A stretch of 63,454 bases of DNA, filler included, from Licmophora abbreviata (taxonomy: Eukaryota): NCBI GenBank assembly GCA_900291995.1. It is 14 parts of 14 records of this genome, joined end to end, with 100 filler letters (N's around TTAATTAATTAA, not from the genome) between each part and the next. Parts side by side here need not be neighbours in the genome. Positions count along the whole stretch, not along the records: positions 11,078 to 14,004 come from OLMU01005902.1; positions 14,105 to 17,107 come from OLMU01005903.1; positions 17,208 to 20,122 come from OLMU01005904.1; positions 20,223 to 25,284 come from OLMU01005905.1; 10 more parts are not named here. One strand, 5' to 3'. Of the stretch, positions 11,774 to 22,800 are shown piece after piece (position 1 is the stretch's first letter; every line of letters starts with the position of its first letter). The notes under the pieces are model-generated. The model saw nothing but the letters and a program-made list of their open reading frames with translations, did no database searches and had not been told where the DNA came from. The translations under genes and the position numbers were made by a program.

Positions 11774-13179
11774 TCAGCGCAATTCCTTCTCTGCAGCCAT
11801 CCGTGGGGAAAGATGACACCGAATGTGCCCCCCTCCGTCCATCGGGTAGGTGATCTTCATGGGGAAGCCACGCTGCATTCCAATTGTTACAACACTACTC
11901 ACAGGGACGGCCTTGGCACATTCCAACAAGTCCTCCGGGGAAAATGTCTGAGAAAACTTGGGGGCATTCGGGTTCTTAGATTCAATTTCAATGCGGCCCC
12001 CCACACGGAAGAGAACTCCACCTCGTACTACATCACAAGGATCCATATATCCACTGTTTTCCACGTCGAATCGAACCCCTTCGTGGGATAGTGTGATCGA
12101 AATCCAGCTGTACTTGATTGTTTGATGCAAATCCCTCGAAGTCTTTCGAAACAAGGATGAGGGCATTTTAGCAACAATGGTACTGTCACCATGGAGTTCA
12201 ATTTCATTGATACCCTGCAAATTATAAGGGTAGGCGAGAACCAACGCAAAACTAGCCGGTACTTTGTCTGGAAATCTGGTATTCTCAAACTCAACCTTCA
12301 GAATTTTTTTCGAAGCTCTCGCTGTCATCGTATCTGTCTTTCTCGCCGTTTTTGTTTGAAATGATAGACTTTCCAAGTCTTCCGACGACAGGGATAGAAA
12401 CACTGGCTTAGAGCTTGGCGATTCCACAGCATAGTGATCAAACATACTCCGTGGTAGGTTATACTCAAGAGTTCCGAGCGTGTGCGTCTCTTGGACGGTG
12501 ATTCCAGTCTGCTCGCATCGAAAGACGCAGCTCTCCAAGAACATGTCCATCAAGTACGCCATGACATGGAACCTTCTAGGATCCTTCAGTCGAAATTCCA
12601 CACGAGTGTCTCCAACCCTCGACTTAAGACGCTCCCGCTGTCGTCTCCAATACGACGACTTGTCGGTAGCCTGGCAGTGCTCCTCCCACTTCTTGCAGTC
12701 TCGCACAGGCACATCGCATACGTAGCAGTAGCAAAGGTGACAAGTCTGGAGGTGTTTTAATGCTTGCTCTTGCCGCTGTCTTGTTTGTCATCGTCATCGT
12801 CAAGACAAATCTCTTCGGGGCCATAAGGATGGACAGTGCAGTGCTGTCGCATATGCGGCAGTTCGTAGGCTCCCCGAGTTCCCACCACTTGGACCGCATC
12901 GGGATCAGTCGTTGTGCTACTAGTTGTAGTTTCTTGGGCGTTGTGTTTCGAAGCCTTCTCCACGTTTTCAGGGCTGGCTACTACTAGCGAAGACGACTCC
13001 CCACCAGGGACAATCTCAACATCGCTGTCGTTTCCGTCGGCGCTCGTCTTATCCATTCCGGCCATGTCACTGCTGCTTCTGTTCGTAGTGGAAAGCGGCG
13101 ACACCGCCGCTGGAGCGCCGCCATTCAGCTCTAATTTGATCTTCTTCGACGCCGTTTCCTCCGTACCACTGTTCATCAT
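11774..13179 (-). pseudogene. Cys/His-cluster-PCNA-like fusion gene, copy 1; frame broken at ~12752-12759
   Basis: Colinear with the intact copy 2. CAT-CAAAAT-CTC in copy 2 is CAT-TAAAACAC-CTC here, an in-frame TAA plus a +2 shift, giving ORFs of 140 and 312 aa. Confidence 0.75.
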
Positions 13180-13480
13180 GCTAATAGAAGGCTGAATTCT
13201 TATTGAGGCGATGATAAAAGACGAAAGAGCGCCTCAACAAGGTGGGCGACTCGACAGCATCCCCGTGAACATGATCACCGTCATCGCGTTGTCGTATCGA
13301 AATGGGAAACGTAAGTTTGGAATTTGTAATGTTCCCAACTTTTCTCATGTGATCTGTCCCAAAGACTGCTACGAGTAACGGTTTTTTGTTGTTTTACTTT
13401 TTCCCACAGTCTCTCATCACACACATTGCACACACATCACATGCCAGGCGATTGCATTCAAAATCTTTTCATTTTCATTC

Positions 13481-14004
13481 ATGTCGGAAACAGCGGAAGA
13501 TAAGGAGAAGAGGCTTGCGCTAAACCTCAGAAAGAAGCGAGAACGGCAACGGAGAGAAGCAGCAAAGAAAGAGCGACTGCTGGAAAAGAAAAAGAAAACC
13601 AACCGGCAAGCAGCCATTCGTATGCGTCGATATCGGCTCAACAAGAAAGCCCAGGGCGCAATACTGTCAGATGAAACACCTTCTAGTACAGACGCCCCGA
13701 CGACAACTCCATCCTCTACCACCTCACCTTGGCCGACTTGCAGGGTGCCATGGCCGGACTCGCGACCGCCTCTCCCACGCCAACATCGGGCCCGCCCTTG
13801 AGTGACGTTGTCACGCCGGCAAGTATCACCGAACTGCTTGAAAGCGATAGTATCAAGTCCCGATTGATGCAGTTGCTGCCTCCGGACAACAGACCGAAGA
13901 GTACTTGGAAGAAAACTTGAGATCGCCTCAGATTCAATCTACGCTTCGAACGCTCACGCAGATTCTGCTTCCGGACGATGCGGGGTCGCTGGAAGGCTAT
14001 CATT
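13481..14004 (+). pseudogene. RPN13: Frameshifted fragment of the proteasome subunit Rpn13/ADRM1 C-terminal (UCH37-binding) region, preceded by a K/R-rich ORF
   Basis: LADLQGAM...PPLSDVVTPASITELLESDSIKSRLMQLLPP, then a frameshift near 13887, then QQTEEYLEENLRSPQIQSTLRTLTQIL. No N-terminal Pru domain. A second shift lies near 13722. Confidence 0.6.
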
Positions 14005-14104
14005 NNNNNNNNNNNNNNNNNNNNNNNNNNNNNNNNNNNNNNNNNNNNTTAATTAATTAANNNNNNNNNNNNNNNNNNNNNNNNNNNNNNNNNNNNNNNN
14101 NNNN

Positions 14105-14365
14105 AAGAGAGAACGGCAGCGTGAGTTCAACTTGGTGGGGAACTTTGAAAGTACTCTCCGGATTCAAGCCGCAGTTGTTGCCGTGTCTTTGGCCTTCGTC
14201 TTGTATATAGGGGCCTCTGGGGGTATAACGAGTGGGTCGGAACGAGACTTTGGAGGATACGATGAAATCGGTGCTGTCAACCAGGTTTACTTTTACGACG
14301 ACAAAGATCCAGTACCATCGCAGCAACAAACGACTCCAAGTGATAGTGCGGGCGTGTGGTTATAG
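14105..14365 (+). CDS. 3' fragment of a small membrane protein (copy 2); 5' truncated by gap
   Basis: Near-identical to 11078-11338. Confidence 0.55.
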   Translation, partial: KRERQREFNLVGNFESTLRIQAAVVAVSLAFVLYIGASGGITSGSERDFGGYDEIGAVNQVYFYDDKDPVPSQQQTTPSDSAGVWL

Positions 14366-14661
14366 AACAAGATCCCACGCCAGCCGTAAACACCTTGTTG
14401 TATACTCTCACAGATTGAACATGCAGTCTCTGACCATGCTGAACCCGATACTCATACATGGCATGACGTGAGACATCACAACTAAGAATACGACACTGCC
14501 CGCGCTCAGTTGTCAATGGATATCTTATCCAAGTTGACGATCGCTTGCGCTCCTCCCACCGTTACACTGATGCGTCCAGCAACTCTGACGTGTCATAGTG
14601 GTACCGTATTTAACTCTAAGGTTGATTAGACTCTTGTACCGGCATGCCAGCAAACAAAGAG

Positions 14662-16056
14662 TCATTGCAATTCCTTCTCTGGAGACATCCGTAGGGAAAG
14701 ATGACACCGAATGCGCCCCCCTCCGTCCATCGGGTAGGTGATCTTCATTGGGAAACCACGTTGCATTCCAATTGTTACAACACTACTCACAGGGAAGGCC
14801 TTGGCACAATCCAACAAGTCCTCCGGGGAAAATGTCTGAGAAAACTTGGGCGCATTCGAGTCCTTAGATTCAATTTCGATGTGGCCCCCTACACGGAAGA
14901 GAACTCCACCTCGTATTACATCGTAAGGATCGACATGTCCACAGTTTTTCACGTCGAATCGAATCCCTTCGCTGGATAATGTGATCGAAATCCAGCTGTA
15001 CTTGATTGTTTGATGCAAATCCCTCAACGTCTTTCGAAACAAGGATGACGGCATTTTAGCAACAATGGTACAGTCACCATGCAGTTCAATTTCATTGATA
15101 TCTTTCAAAGAAGGGTCGTCGAGAAGTATCGCAAAACTAGCCGGTACTTTGTCGGGAAATCTGGTATTCTCAAAGTTAACCTCCAGAATATTGTTCGAAG
15201 CTCTCGCTGCCATCATATCTGTCTTTCTCGCCGTTTTTGTTTGAAATGATAGACTTTCCAAATCGTCCGATGACAGGCATAGTTGTACCGGCCTAGAGCT
15301 TGGCGATTCCACAAGATAGTGATGAAACATGCTCCGTGGTAGGTCATATTCCAGAATTCCGAGCGTGTGCGTCTCTTGGATGGTGATTCCAGTCTGCTGG
15401 CAGCGCATGACGCAGCTCTCCAAGAAGGTGTCCATCAAGTACGCCATGATATGGAACCTTCTGGGATCCTTCAATCGAAACTCCACACGAGTGTCCCCGC
15501 CCCATGACTTGAGACGCTGCCGCTGTCGTCTCCAATACGACGACTTGTCGGTAGCCTGGCAGTGCTCGGGCCACTCCTTGCAGTCTCGTACAGGCACGTC
15601 GCACACGTAGCAGTAGCAAAGGTGACAAGTCTGGAGATTTTGATGCTTGCTCTTGCCGCTGTCTTGTATGTCGTCATCAAGACAAATCTCCTCGGGGCGA
15701 TAAGGATGGACAGCGCAGTGCTGTCGCATATGCGGCAGTTCGTAGGCTCCCCGAGTCCCCACCACTTGGACCGCATCTGGATCACTGGTGCCACCACTAG
15801 TAGTACCTTGGGCGTTGTATTTCAAAGCCTCCTCCACGTTTTCAGGGCTGGCGACTACTAGCGAAGACGACTCGCCTCCAGTGACAATCTCAACATCGCT
15901 GTCGTTTCCGTCAGCGCTTGTCTTATTCATTCCGGCCAAGACACTGCTGCTTCTGTTCGTAGTGGACAGCGGCGACACCATCACCGATGGAGCGCCGCCA
16001 TTCGGCTCTAATTTGATCTTCTTCGACGTCCTTTCCTCCGCACCAGTGCTCATCAT
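14662..16056 (-). CDS. Intronless 464-aa fusion: NLS/SIM-like N-terminus, Cys/His-rich cluster and divergent PCNA sliding-clamp domain
   Basis: LPHMRQHC...CHLCYCYVCDVPVRDCKEWPEHCQA, then VEFRLKD...KMPSSLFRKTLRDL...EGIRF...KAFPVSSVVTIGMQRGFPMKITY...GRIRCHLS. This is colinear with PCNA ([52 protein letters not shown]). Start set at ATG 16056 by comparison with copy 1. Confidence 0.85.
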   Translation of the reverse strand: MMSTGAEERTSKKIKLEPNGGAPSVMVSPLSTTNRSSSVLAGMNKTSADGNDSDVEIVTGGESSSLVVASPENVEEALKYNAQGTTSGGTSDPDAVQVVGTRGAYELPHMRQHCAVHPYRPEEICLDDDIQDSGKSKHQNLQTCHLCYCYVCDVPVRDCKEWPEHCQATDKSSYWRRQRQRLKSWGGDTRVEFRLKDPRRFHIMAYLMDTFLESCVMRCQQTGITIQETHTLGILEYDLPRSMFHHYLVESPSSRPVQLCLSSDDLESLSFQTKTARKTDMMAARASNNILEVNFENTRFPDKVPASFAILLDDPSLKDINEIELHGDCTIVAKMPSSLFRKTLRDLHQTIKYSWISITLSSEGIRFDVKNCGHVDPYDVIRGGVLFRVGGHIEIESKDSNAPKFSQTFSPEDLLDCAKAFPVSSVVTIGMQRGFPMKITYPMDGGGRIRCHLSLRMSPEKELQ

Positions 16057-17207
16057 GCTACTAGAAGGCTGAGTTCCTATTGAGGATGTGATGAAAGACG
16101 AAAGAGTGTCTCGACAAGGTGGAAAACTCGACAGCGTCCCCTTGAACATGACCACCGTCGTAACGTCGTATCGAAATGGGAAATAGGAAATGGGAAATGC
16201 AGTTTGGAATTTGGAATGTTCCAAACTTTTTCATCTTCCCGAGAGACTGCCAGGACCACCGGTTAGCTCGAAGGTATAGAAGAAGCGGTATCGTAATACG
16301 CAGACGCCACTCTTCCAAGATACGTCGTCTGTTTGAAGATACAAAGGCTTCCACTAACCAGGACTAGCTCGTAACATAGAAAACTGCGTACTATCACATA
16401 TTCACCGTAGCTAGCAAAAGGTCGATATTGATCCTCCCCCGCCCGGTGCAAAGCACCCATGCAGCCCATGCGGGATATGCGTCTTGATTCAGATTTTGCA
16501 TACAGGTCCCTCTTTTAGTTTTTTCCAAACCAGTAGACATCGACATCCGTATTCGCCTCTCCTTGCTTGAGTTCCACCGTACTTGTATCTTGAACGCGTA
16601 TTCGTACGTATCTGTTGGGCGGCGACAAGTCGCCCACGACATTGGAAGCAACAGCATAGACATGCTGTGCTTGCTTCGTAGCGAACTGCGGGTGCACGAC
16701 GCAGTGGCTGCTTCAAACACACATTCGATGCACCCGGTGCAATGGTCGAAGCTAGAGGCGACGTGCGTCGAGTCCTAGAGCAAGTCGATACACTTCTTGT
16801 TTCTACATAGTAATCTTCCGTCACACCTTGCGCCAGTCTTCGATGGACTTGTGCACAATATGACTTTTTTTTTGTTGGTTAGGTACGGCCGGTTGAAAAG
16901 GCCACTAGAGAACGAGTTGATGGCTAGTGCCGTTGCCAAGGAGTTGGATGGCGTGTGCCAGCGTACATTCCGGCATAAGGCGAACACCGAGTGTATAGAT
17001 TTCGCTAAAGGAACAGAGTGGTCGTGAAGTTTTTATTGATATATAAATACCAATATGGAAAGTCATATTGAATATAGAGAGCCAATCATCTCAGACTGAC
17101 TCGACTCNNNNNNNNNNNNNNNNNNNNNNNNNNNNNNNNNNNNNNNNNNNNTTAATTAATTAANNNNNNNNNNNNNNNNNNNNNNNNNNNNNNNNNNNNN
17201 NNNNNNN

Positions 17208-18250
17208 TAGACGTCGGGGGTCGTCTCTTTTACTGTCACTTGTCGACGTTGACCAACGCGGACACCTCCTACTTTTCTGCTCGCTTTGGAGAGGAGACCC
17301 TGCTGTCTCCCGGCGATGCGTATCAAGACGAGCGAGGACGGAACGTCTACTTTATTGATCGAGATGGCAGGCTGTTCCAGTACATTCTTCAGTATCTACG
17401 AACCAACGGGCTGCTGGGTCTGCCGACCTTTCAGAAGAACCCTGAGCTGTGGAGGGAGCTTCGGCAGGAAGCTGAATTTTACTCGCTGCGAGGAATGATG
17501 TCTCTGCTGCACGTGACGTTCTCATGCACGCCGCAAGAAGGGGAAGACAAAGGCATCCTGTATTGGCTGGGGACAGAGCATGGTTCATTGCAAGAGTACC
17601 AAAACCCATTCGAGGCGGGAGAAGTGGACGTCCGTCCCTGCGTGGAAAACCCCGACCTAGACAGTGAACAGCAAAACGAGAGATCGCTGAGGGGATCGCC
17701 TGATGATGCGCAAGCGCAGTCTCTCACCGTCCAATATCGACCTCTTGCCGACGGGGTCGAGCAGGCTTCTGTTGGCCATATGACTCTATCGTTGGACTCC
17801 ACATATCCATCCTGCATTGACTGGTGTAATAACCTTCCAGGACAACCGAAAAGAATGGTGAATGTGAAGTTTAGAACGGTGCTTGTGCGACCCACTCACT
17901 ACTCCCTGCGGCACTCTCATTTTCATGGTATGAACACACCCTGGTCGTTTGATGCTTCCATGGATGGGATCAACTGGGATACTCTGCATGAGGCTGGAAC
18001 AGAGTGTTTTGTCCAGACACCATCGGAAGAAGTTCACATCGATCTGTGTAACCTCATACAGGCGAGAAACCTGGAGGATCAAAGCGCCGTGAACTTTGTC
18101 ACCTCGTACGTCGAACGAAAACTCCGTCGAACTTGGGCTCTGCCGGTCTCTGTAAAACCATTCTATCGTTATTTTCGGATCCACAAGGTTGGACACAACT
18201 GCATGCATGCAACTGGGCTCGAAATCTTTGGGGATGTGCATGAACACTGA
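17208..18250 (+). CDS. BTB/POZ (KCTD/T1-type) protein with C-terminal discoidin/galactose-binding-like domain, paralog 1; 5' truncated
   Basis: DVGG.LF...STLT...SYFSARF...YFIDRDGRLFQYILQYLR, then GILYWLGT, VRPTHYSLRH, W.FDASMDG.NW, YRYFRI and GLEIFG. Confidence 0.85.
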
Positions 18251-18890
18251 ATTTATTACGTAGGATACGAGAGTGGGCTCACGACGCACCGCATCTGCGC
18301 TGCGCCTGCTACAAAAAATAGGAAAACTGAAACGGGACATCCAAAAACTGAATGGAACGGCGATCAAAGGGGAAAACTGCTGTATTGAATTTAAAAATTA
18401 AACCGAGCTACCATACGCTGCTTGGACTATTTGATAATAACTTATCTCTTCTGTACACCATTATCGAACACCACCAAATCGAACGCATAGACGAACGTCG
18501 ATCCACGTCGCCATCCCAATGCAGAAGGACTGGCTTCCCGTTGTTCTCCCGCGAAGAAAACGTCTTCACCTGCAGCCATGTCACCATCTCCTCTAAAGGC
18601 TTCGAACTTTTGCAGTAGCGTTCGTCTGTGAGATGATAGACTGCAATATGAAAACGCTATGCAGCGTTCGGTGTTCGGAGAAGGAGAACCCCGCATTGAT
18701 TGCCAGCGCGCGGCAGCCGGCTGGATCGGATGCCAGATTTCAGCGAAGAGTTCGTTGCCTCACAAATTGAAAATTGCACAAATGTCGTTGTTGTGTAAGT
18801 ATTGTCCGCACATTGTCTAAGTAAGCACCATATCGGGAGGGACTTGCGCCCCTGGAGCCATCCACCTTGTCCACTTTTCAATCAGAAGAT

Positions 18891-20042
18891 ATGACGACGG
18901 CAACGAAGCACGAAACGATTCACCACGGCGATCGAAAGGACGAGGGGGGTTCGTCGTCTTCTATTCGCCATCCAATCAGCCGACGCGACCCCGTGATTGG
19001 TCTCGACGTCGGGGGTAGCTTATTTTACTGTCATCTCTCAACGTTGACGAATGCGAACGACTCATATTTTTCTGCCCGATTTGGAGTAGACAACATGATC
19101 CCAGCTGGTGATACCTATCGGGACGATCGCGGGCGAGACGTGTACTTTGTCGACCGGGACGGCGACGCCTTCCGATACGTGCTACAGTACCTTCGGACCA
19201 ACAGCCTCCAGGGCCTCTCTGACTTCCAGGAGAATCCACAGCTATGGCGAGTACTTCGCCAGGAAGCTGACTTTTACTTGCTACAGGGAATGGTGTCTCT
19301 TTTGCACGTGACGTTTTCATGCTCGCCTCAGGAAGGGGAAGACCGAGGAATACTCTATTGGATCGGAACACAGTATGGTGTTTCGCAGGAGTACCGCAAC
19401 CCATGTGAGACCGGGGACGTCGACGTTCGTCCCTGCATTGAAAGATCTGAGCTGAAGAATGATCAACTTGACGAGAAGGCACTACGGGGATCCGCTGACT
19501 TTCTCCCAGCGAGATCTGCCATGGTTCAATACCGACCAAAAGCACGCGGCACAGAGCAGGCGTACGGCGGCCAACTCAGTCTATCACTAGACTCTCAGCA
19601 CACGCCGTGCGTTGATTGGTGTAGCAATCTCCCAGGACAGCCGAACAGGATTGTGGTTGTCAAGTTTAAAACAGTGCTTGTACGACCGACACATTACTCC
19701 TTGCGGCATGCGCATTTCCATGGCATGAACACGCCCTGGACATTTGACGCTTCTATCGATGGTGTCAACTGGGAGACTCTTCACAAGGCGGGACAGGAAT
19801 GCTTCATCCAGAAGCCGTCGCAAGAAGTTCACGTTGAGCTGTGCAACGTCATACATGCAAGAAATATGGAGGACAAAGGGGCCGTGGATTTCGTCACCTC
19901 GTACGTTGAGCGAAAGCTTCGTCGAACTTGGGCTTTGCCGGTGGTGACCTCCTTCTATCGCTACTTTCGAATTCGTAAGGTTGGCCAAAAGTGCATGCAT
20001 GCAACTGGACTAGAAATCTTTGGAGATGCGCATGAAAGCTGA
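18891..20042 (+). CDS. BTB/POZ plus discoidin-like protein, paralog 2
   Basis: VIGLDVGGSLF, FVDRDGDAFRYVLQYLR and the same C-terminal motifs as paralog 1. First ATG at 18891. Confidence 0.87.
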   Translation: MTTATKHETIHHGDRKDEGGSSSSIRHPISRRDPVIGLDVGGSLFYCHLSTLTNANDSYFSARFGVDNMIPAGDTYRDDRGRDVYFVDRDGDAFRYVLQYLRTNSLQGLSDFQENPQLWRVLRQEADFYLLQGMVSLLHVTFSCSPQEGEDRGILYWIGTQYGVSQEYRNPCETGDVDVRPCIERSELKNDQLDEKALRGSADFLPARSAMVQYRPKARGTEQAYGGQLSLSLDSQHTPCVDWCSNLPGQPNRIVVVKFKTVLVRPTHYSLRHAHFHGMNTPWTFDASIDGVNWETLHKAGQECFIQKPSQEVHVELCNVIHARNMEDKGAVDFVTSYVERKLRRTWALPVVTSFYRYFRIRKVGQKCMHATGLEIFGDAHES

Positions 20043-20313
20043 ACGTAATATATGCATACTATAGAGGCGGCGAGCGCATGATACGACAAGTGTCGGTACT
20101 CATCACATAATCTAGAGTCGCGNNNNNNNNNNNNNNNNNNNNNNNNNNNNNNNNNNNNNNNNNNNNTTAATTAATTAANNNNNNNNNNNNNNNNNNNNNN
20201 NNNNNNNNNNNNNNNNNNNNNNTCGAAACAGGAAACAACATACAACTTCTCATGAGCGTTGCGTTGATGTCGGCGGCCATAACATTGAAGATTTCAACAG
20301 TATTCCGTGCATC

Positions 20314-21147
20314 ATGAACGTCTACGTACCGCCACAAGCTTCTTCTGCAACAAATGCGACTTCTCCAAGAGCCACTTCGACCATGAGAGACGCCGCTGCG
20401 GAACTCATGTCGAAAGAGGCTCGCCAAGAAGCGGGAGTATTCGCCAATGACCGATACTCTGAATTCAAAGAAAGTGTAGACGATGGAAGCTGCTCGCTAC
20501 GAGTTCTCGCTTTGTTGGGAAGTCTCGCACTCGTGGTCGTTGCCATTCTCGGATTTGTGGGGCACATTCTGTATTTTCAGTGGCTCCACGCGGTCTTTGA
20601 CGTTTACATCTTTGTCTTGGGTATGCTGATGTTACTGCTGGAATATGCCAAGCAGCTGTCATGTTTTGGAAGACTCTTTGACGAAACGGCGCTCTATGAG
20701 AACGCAAGGTTCTTGAAATTTGTCTGGGGGCGTGGGATACTCTATTTTGTAGCAGGAACATTGTGCATCTCGCAAAAGTCCATTCTCAACATTGCTGTAG
20801 GCAGCTTTGTCTGCGTGACGGGTATCATCTTTGTCTTGGCGGGTCGGTCTGCTGCGAAGAAATTGCGGGAACACTCGAGTTCTGTCGAACCGAATATGTT
20901 GCAGGAAGAGTTCTCCCGACAGGATACCGACGGTGTTGGGACTCTCACAAGACGCCAGTTTCAGGGATTCATCCAAGCCCTGGGTCTTCCGCTTACAAAG
21001 CATGAAATGGAGAGTGCTTTTCTTCAACTCGATACGAACGATACAGGCCGTATCTCGTATGATGCTGTGCAGCTGTGGTGGAGTAAGGAAACCAAGACGA
21101 GAGAGTTGGCGGACGGGTTGTTGCATGCGAATGCGGCTAGAGTGTAG
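20314..21147 (+). CDS. COPI-associated/TVP15-like multi-pass membrane protein with C-terminal EF-hand pair
   Basis: About four TM segments with ARFLKFVWGRGILYFVAG. EF-hand loops DTDGVGTLTRRQF and DTNDTGRISYDAV. Confidence 0.78.
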   Translation: MNVYVPPQASSATNATSPRATSTMRDAAAELMSKEARQEAGVFANDRYSEFKESVDDGSCSLRVLALLGSLALVVVAILGFVGHILYFQWLHAVFDVYIFVLGMLMLLLEYAKQLSCFGRLFDETALYENARFLKFVWGRGILYFVAGTLCISQKSILNIAVGSFVCVTGIIFVLAGRSAAKKLREHSSSVEPNMLQEEFSRQDTDGVGTLTRRQFQGFIQALGLPLTKHEMESAFLQLDTNDTGRISYDAVQLWWSKETKTRELADGLLHANAARV

Positions 21148-22800
21148 ACTCGGCCTGTCAGGACACTACCGTGCCTATTTGGCTTCGTAGCAGCTTATGA
21201 ATTTTTAATAAGTGTAAACGGTAGGCACAGAAAATACCCGAGAGAGTTCGGTGACGAAAGATAAAAAGTCATCCTTGCATCGATGGCTCGTAAACAGTGT
21301 GCTGTGCCCTAGCTGGCTGACTATGTGCCTCGTCTCGTGGTCGGCGTTTCAGGTGCGGCTAAAGATGCGTCTGCTGGCGTTTCGGTTGGTACAGCTGAAG
21401 GCCTACTCATCGGCATCCCTGTAGGCTTGTTTCGGTTGGGTGTGTGCTGAAGTAGGACCTACCGGTATAATAAGCGTGAAGCTCTGTAATTTTTGGGCGC
21501 TCGTTTTTCAAACACGCTCGTGACTCGACTCAGTTTTTTTTGAAAATTTGAAGGTTTCCACGATCTACACACGACCCACAACGGAGATTGGAGGCCCCGA
21601 CGATTGACTCACTCGACTCGACTCCGCTCAAGGCTGCGTCAACCACACGAAACGAATAGAATCGAAATCCTTGAGACGACTTGGCCTTTCCTGTCACGTC
21701 ACCGCTCAACAATATTTAGTATTTGGCCATAAACGTCGACCGTAGTAGTCAACACATATTACCTTACTGTTCATGACAAGATGACTCTAGAGATTGCTGC
21801 CATTGCCCTTGTGCTTCTTTTGGCTTCTTCTGTTCCCCTGACCAGCGTGGGGGATCATTTGCTTCGAGGCTGCAGCTCGTGCTCCTCTCCGAAACTCAAA
21901 GATTGAAACATGAAGAAGACAGACGGGACTGCTCGACAAAATCTCATGTGTCGGGGGCAGAAGAAAGCGATGCCTTTGTCGGTGGGGAAAATTACAGTGT
22001 ACGGTGTGTCTTCTGTGGGGATAGACCGTATATTCTTGTGGCGTGTCAGTCACACACTTTTGAAATATGGTTTCTTCCAGTTGCTTGGAGGGAAGGTGGA
22101 CCATTCCAAGATGAGGGTATCTTGGTCGACGGGGCTACCACTACTGGGATGGGACCTACGTCGGGGATCGCGACTGGATCTCCATCCGCAATTCTAAGTA
22201 TGATGCGCGTAGCCTTCATAGTGATCTATTCGGGAACGTTTCTGGGGGTGACGCTCGCTGAGGTAGTCACAGTGCTGGGCTTTGAGTAGGAGGAGAGACG
22301 CTGGTGACGCTATACGGAAACATTAATGGGGGTGACGCGTGACGCTCCCTGAGCTAATCACAGATCACAGCGCTGACCTTTGAGTAGGACGAGAAACGCT
22401 CCTACCATACGTGGATTCATTTTTCAACATAAGCTATCAACAACAACTACTTATACAGAACCGCCAGCGAGTAGTAGTTAGACTAGGCCTGCAGTAGCTA
22501 TTAACAGTACATATCCCATTGTGGCTTTGTTTGCTCGATTCATTCTTGCGTCTACGTCTGCGGTTGGCCCAGAATCATCAATCGGAATGTCAAAGTGAGA
22601 TACCATACTGAGACCGGTGTGATGACGCTCTACTCGTGACTCAACAAGAATGTGATGATGCCGCGTAGGTCTAGTCTAGGTAGATGCGGCGGTGCCGCGA
22701 CGTTCCACCATGGCGACCACGGAAGCGCACAGTTTGTTGCAGTAGCAGTGTTGGATTCTCGGCGTGGGGACTCCCACTCAGAAGAACGTTTCTGAGACTG

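Larger units (their letters stand above)
11078..13370. repeat. Segmental duplication, copy 1 (~2.3 kb; copy 2 at ~14105-16250)
   Basis: Both contigs start with agagagaacggcagcgtgagttcaac and stay colinear through the PCNA-like gene and its upstream region, then diverge. Confidence 0.92.
14105..16250. repeat. Segmental duplication, copy 2
   Basis: Colinear with 11078-13370; lacks a ~140-bp stretch present in copy 1 at ~11577-11719. Confidence 0.92.

Noticed and set aside
14662..15490. Clamp domain as a 9-1-1 subunit (Rad9/Rad1/Hus1)
   Set aside because: The recognisable motifs (KMPS..F....RDL, KA.P.SS.VT..M....P....Y) match PCNA more closely; phylogenetic confirmation is still needed.
16263..17030. 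Overlapping short ORFs on both strands, each broken by a stop
   Set aside because: No recognisable motif and the coding strand cannot be determined; possibly a decayed gene.
21150..22290. Short ORFs and a small Pro/Thr-rich stretch
   Set aside because: No coherent gene model or family motif.
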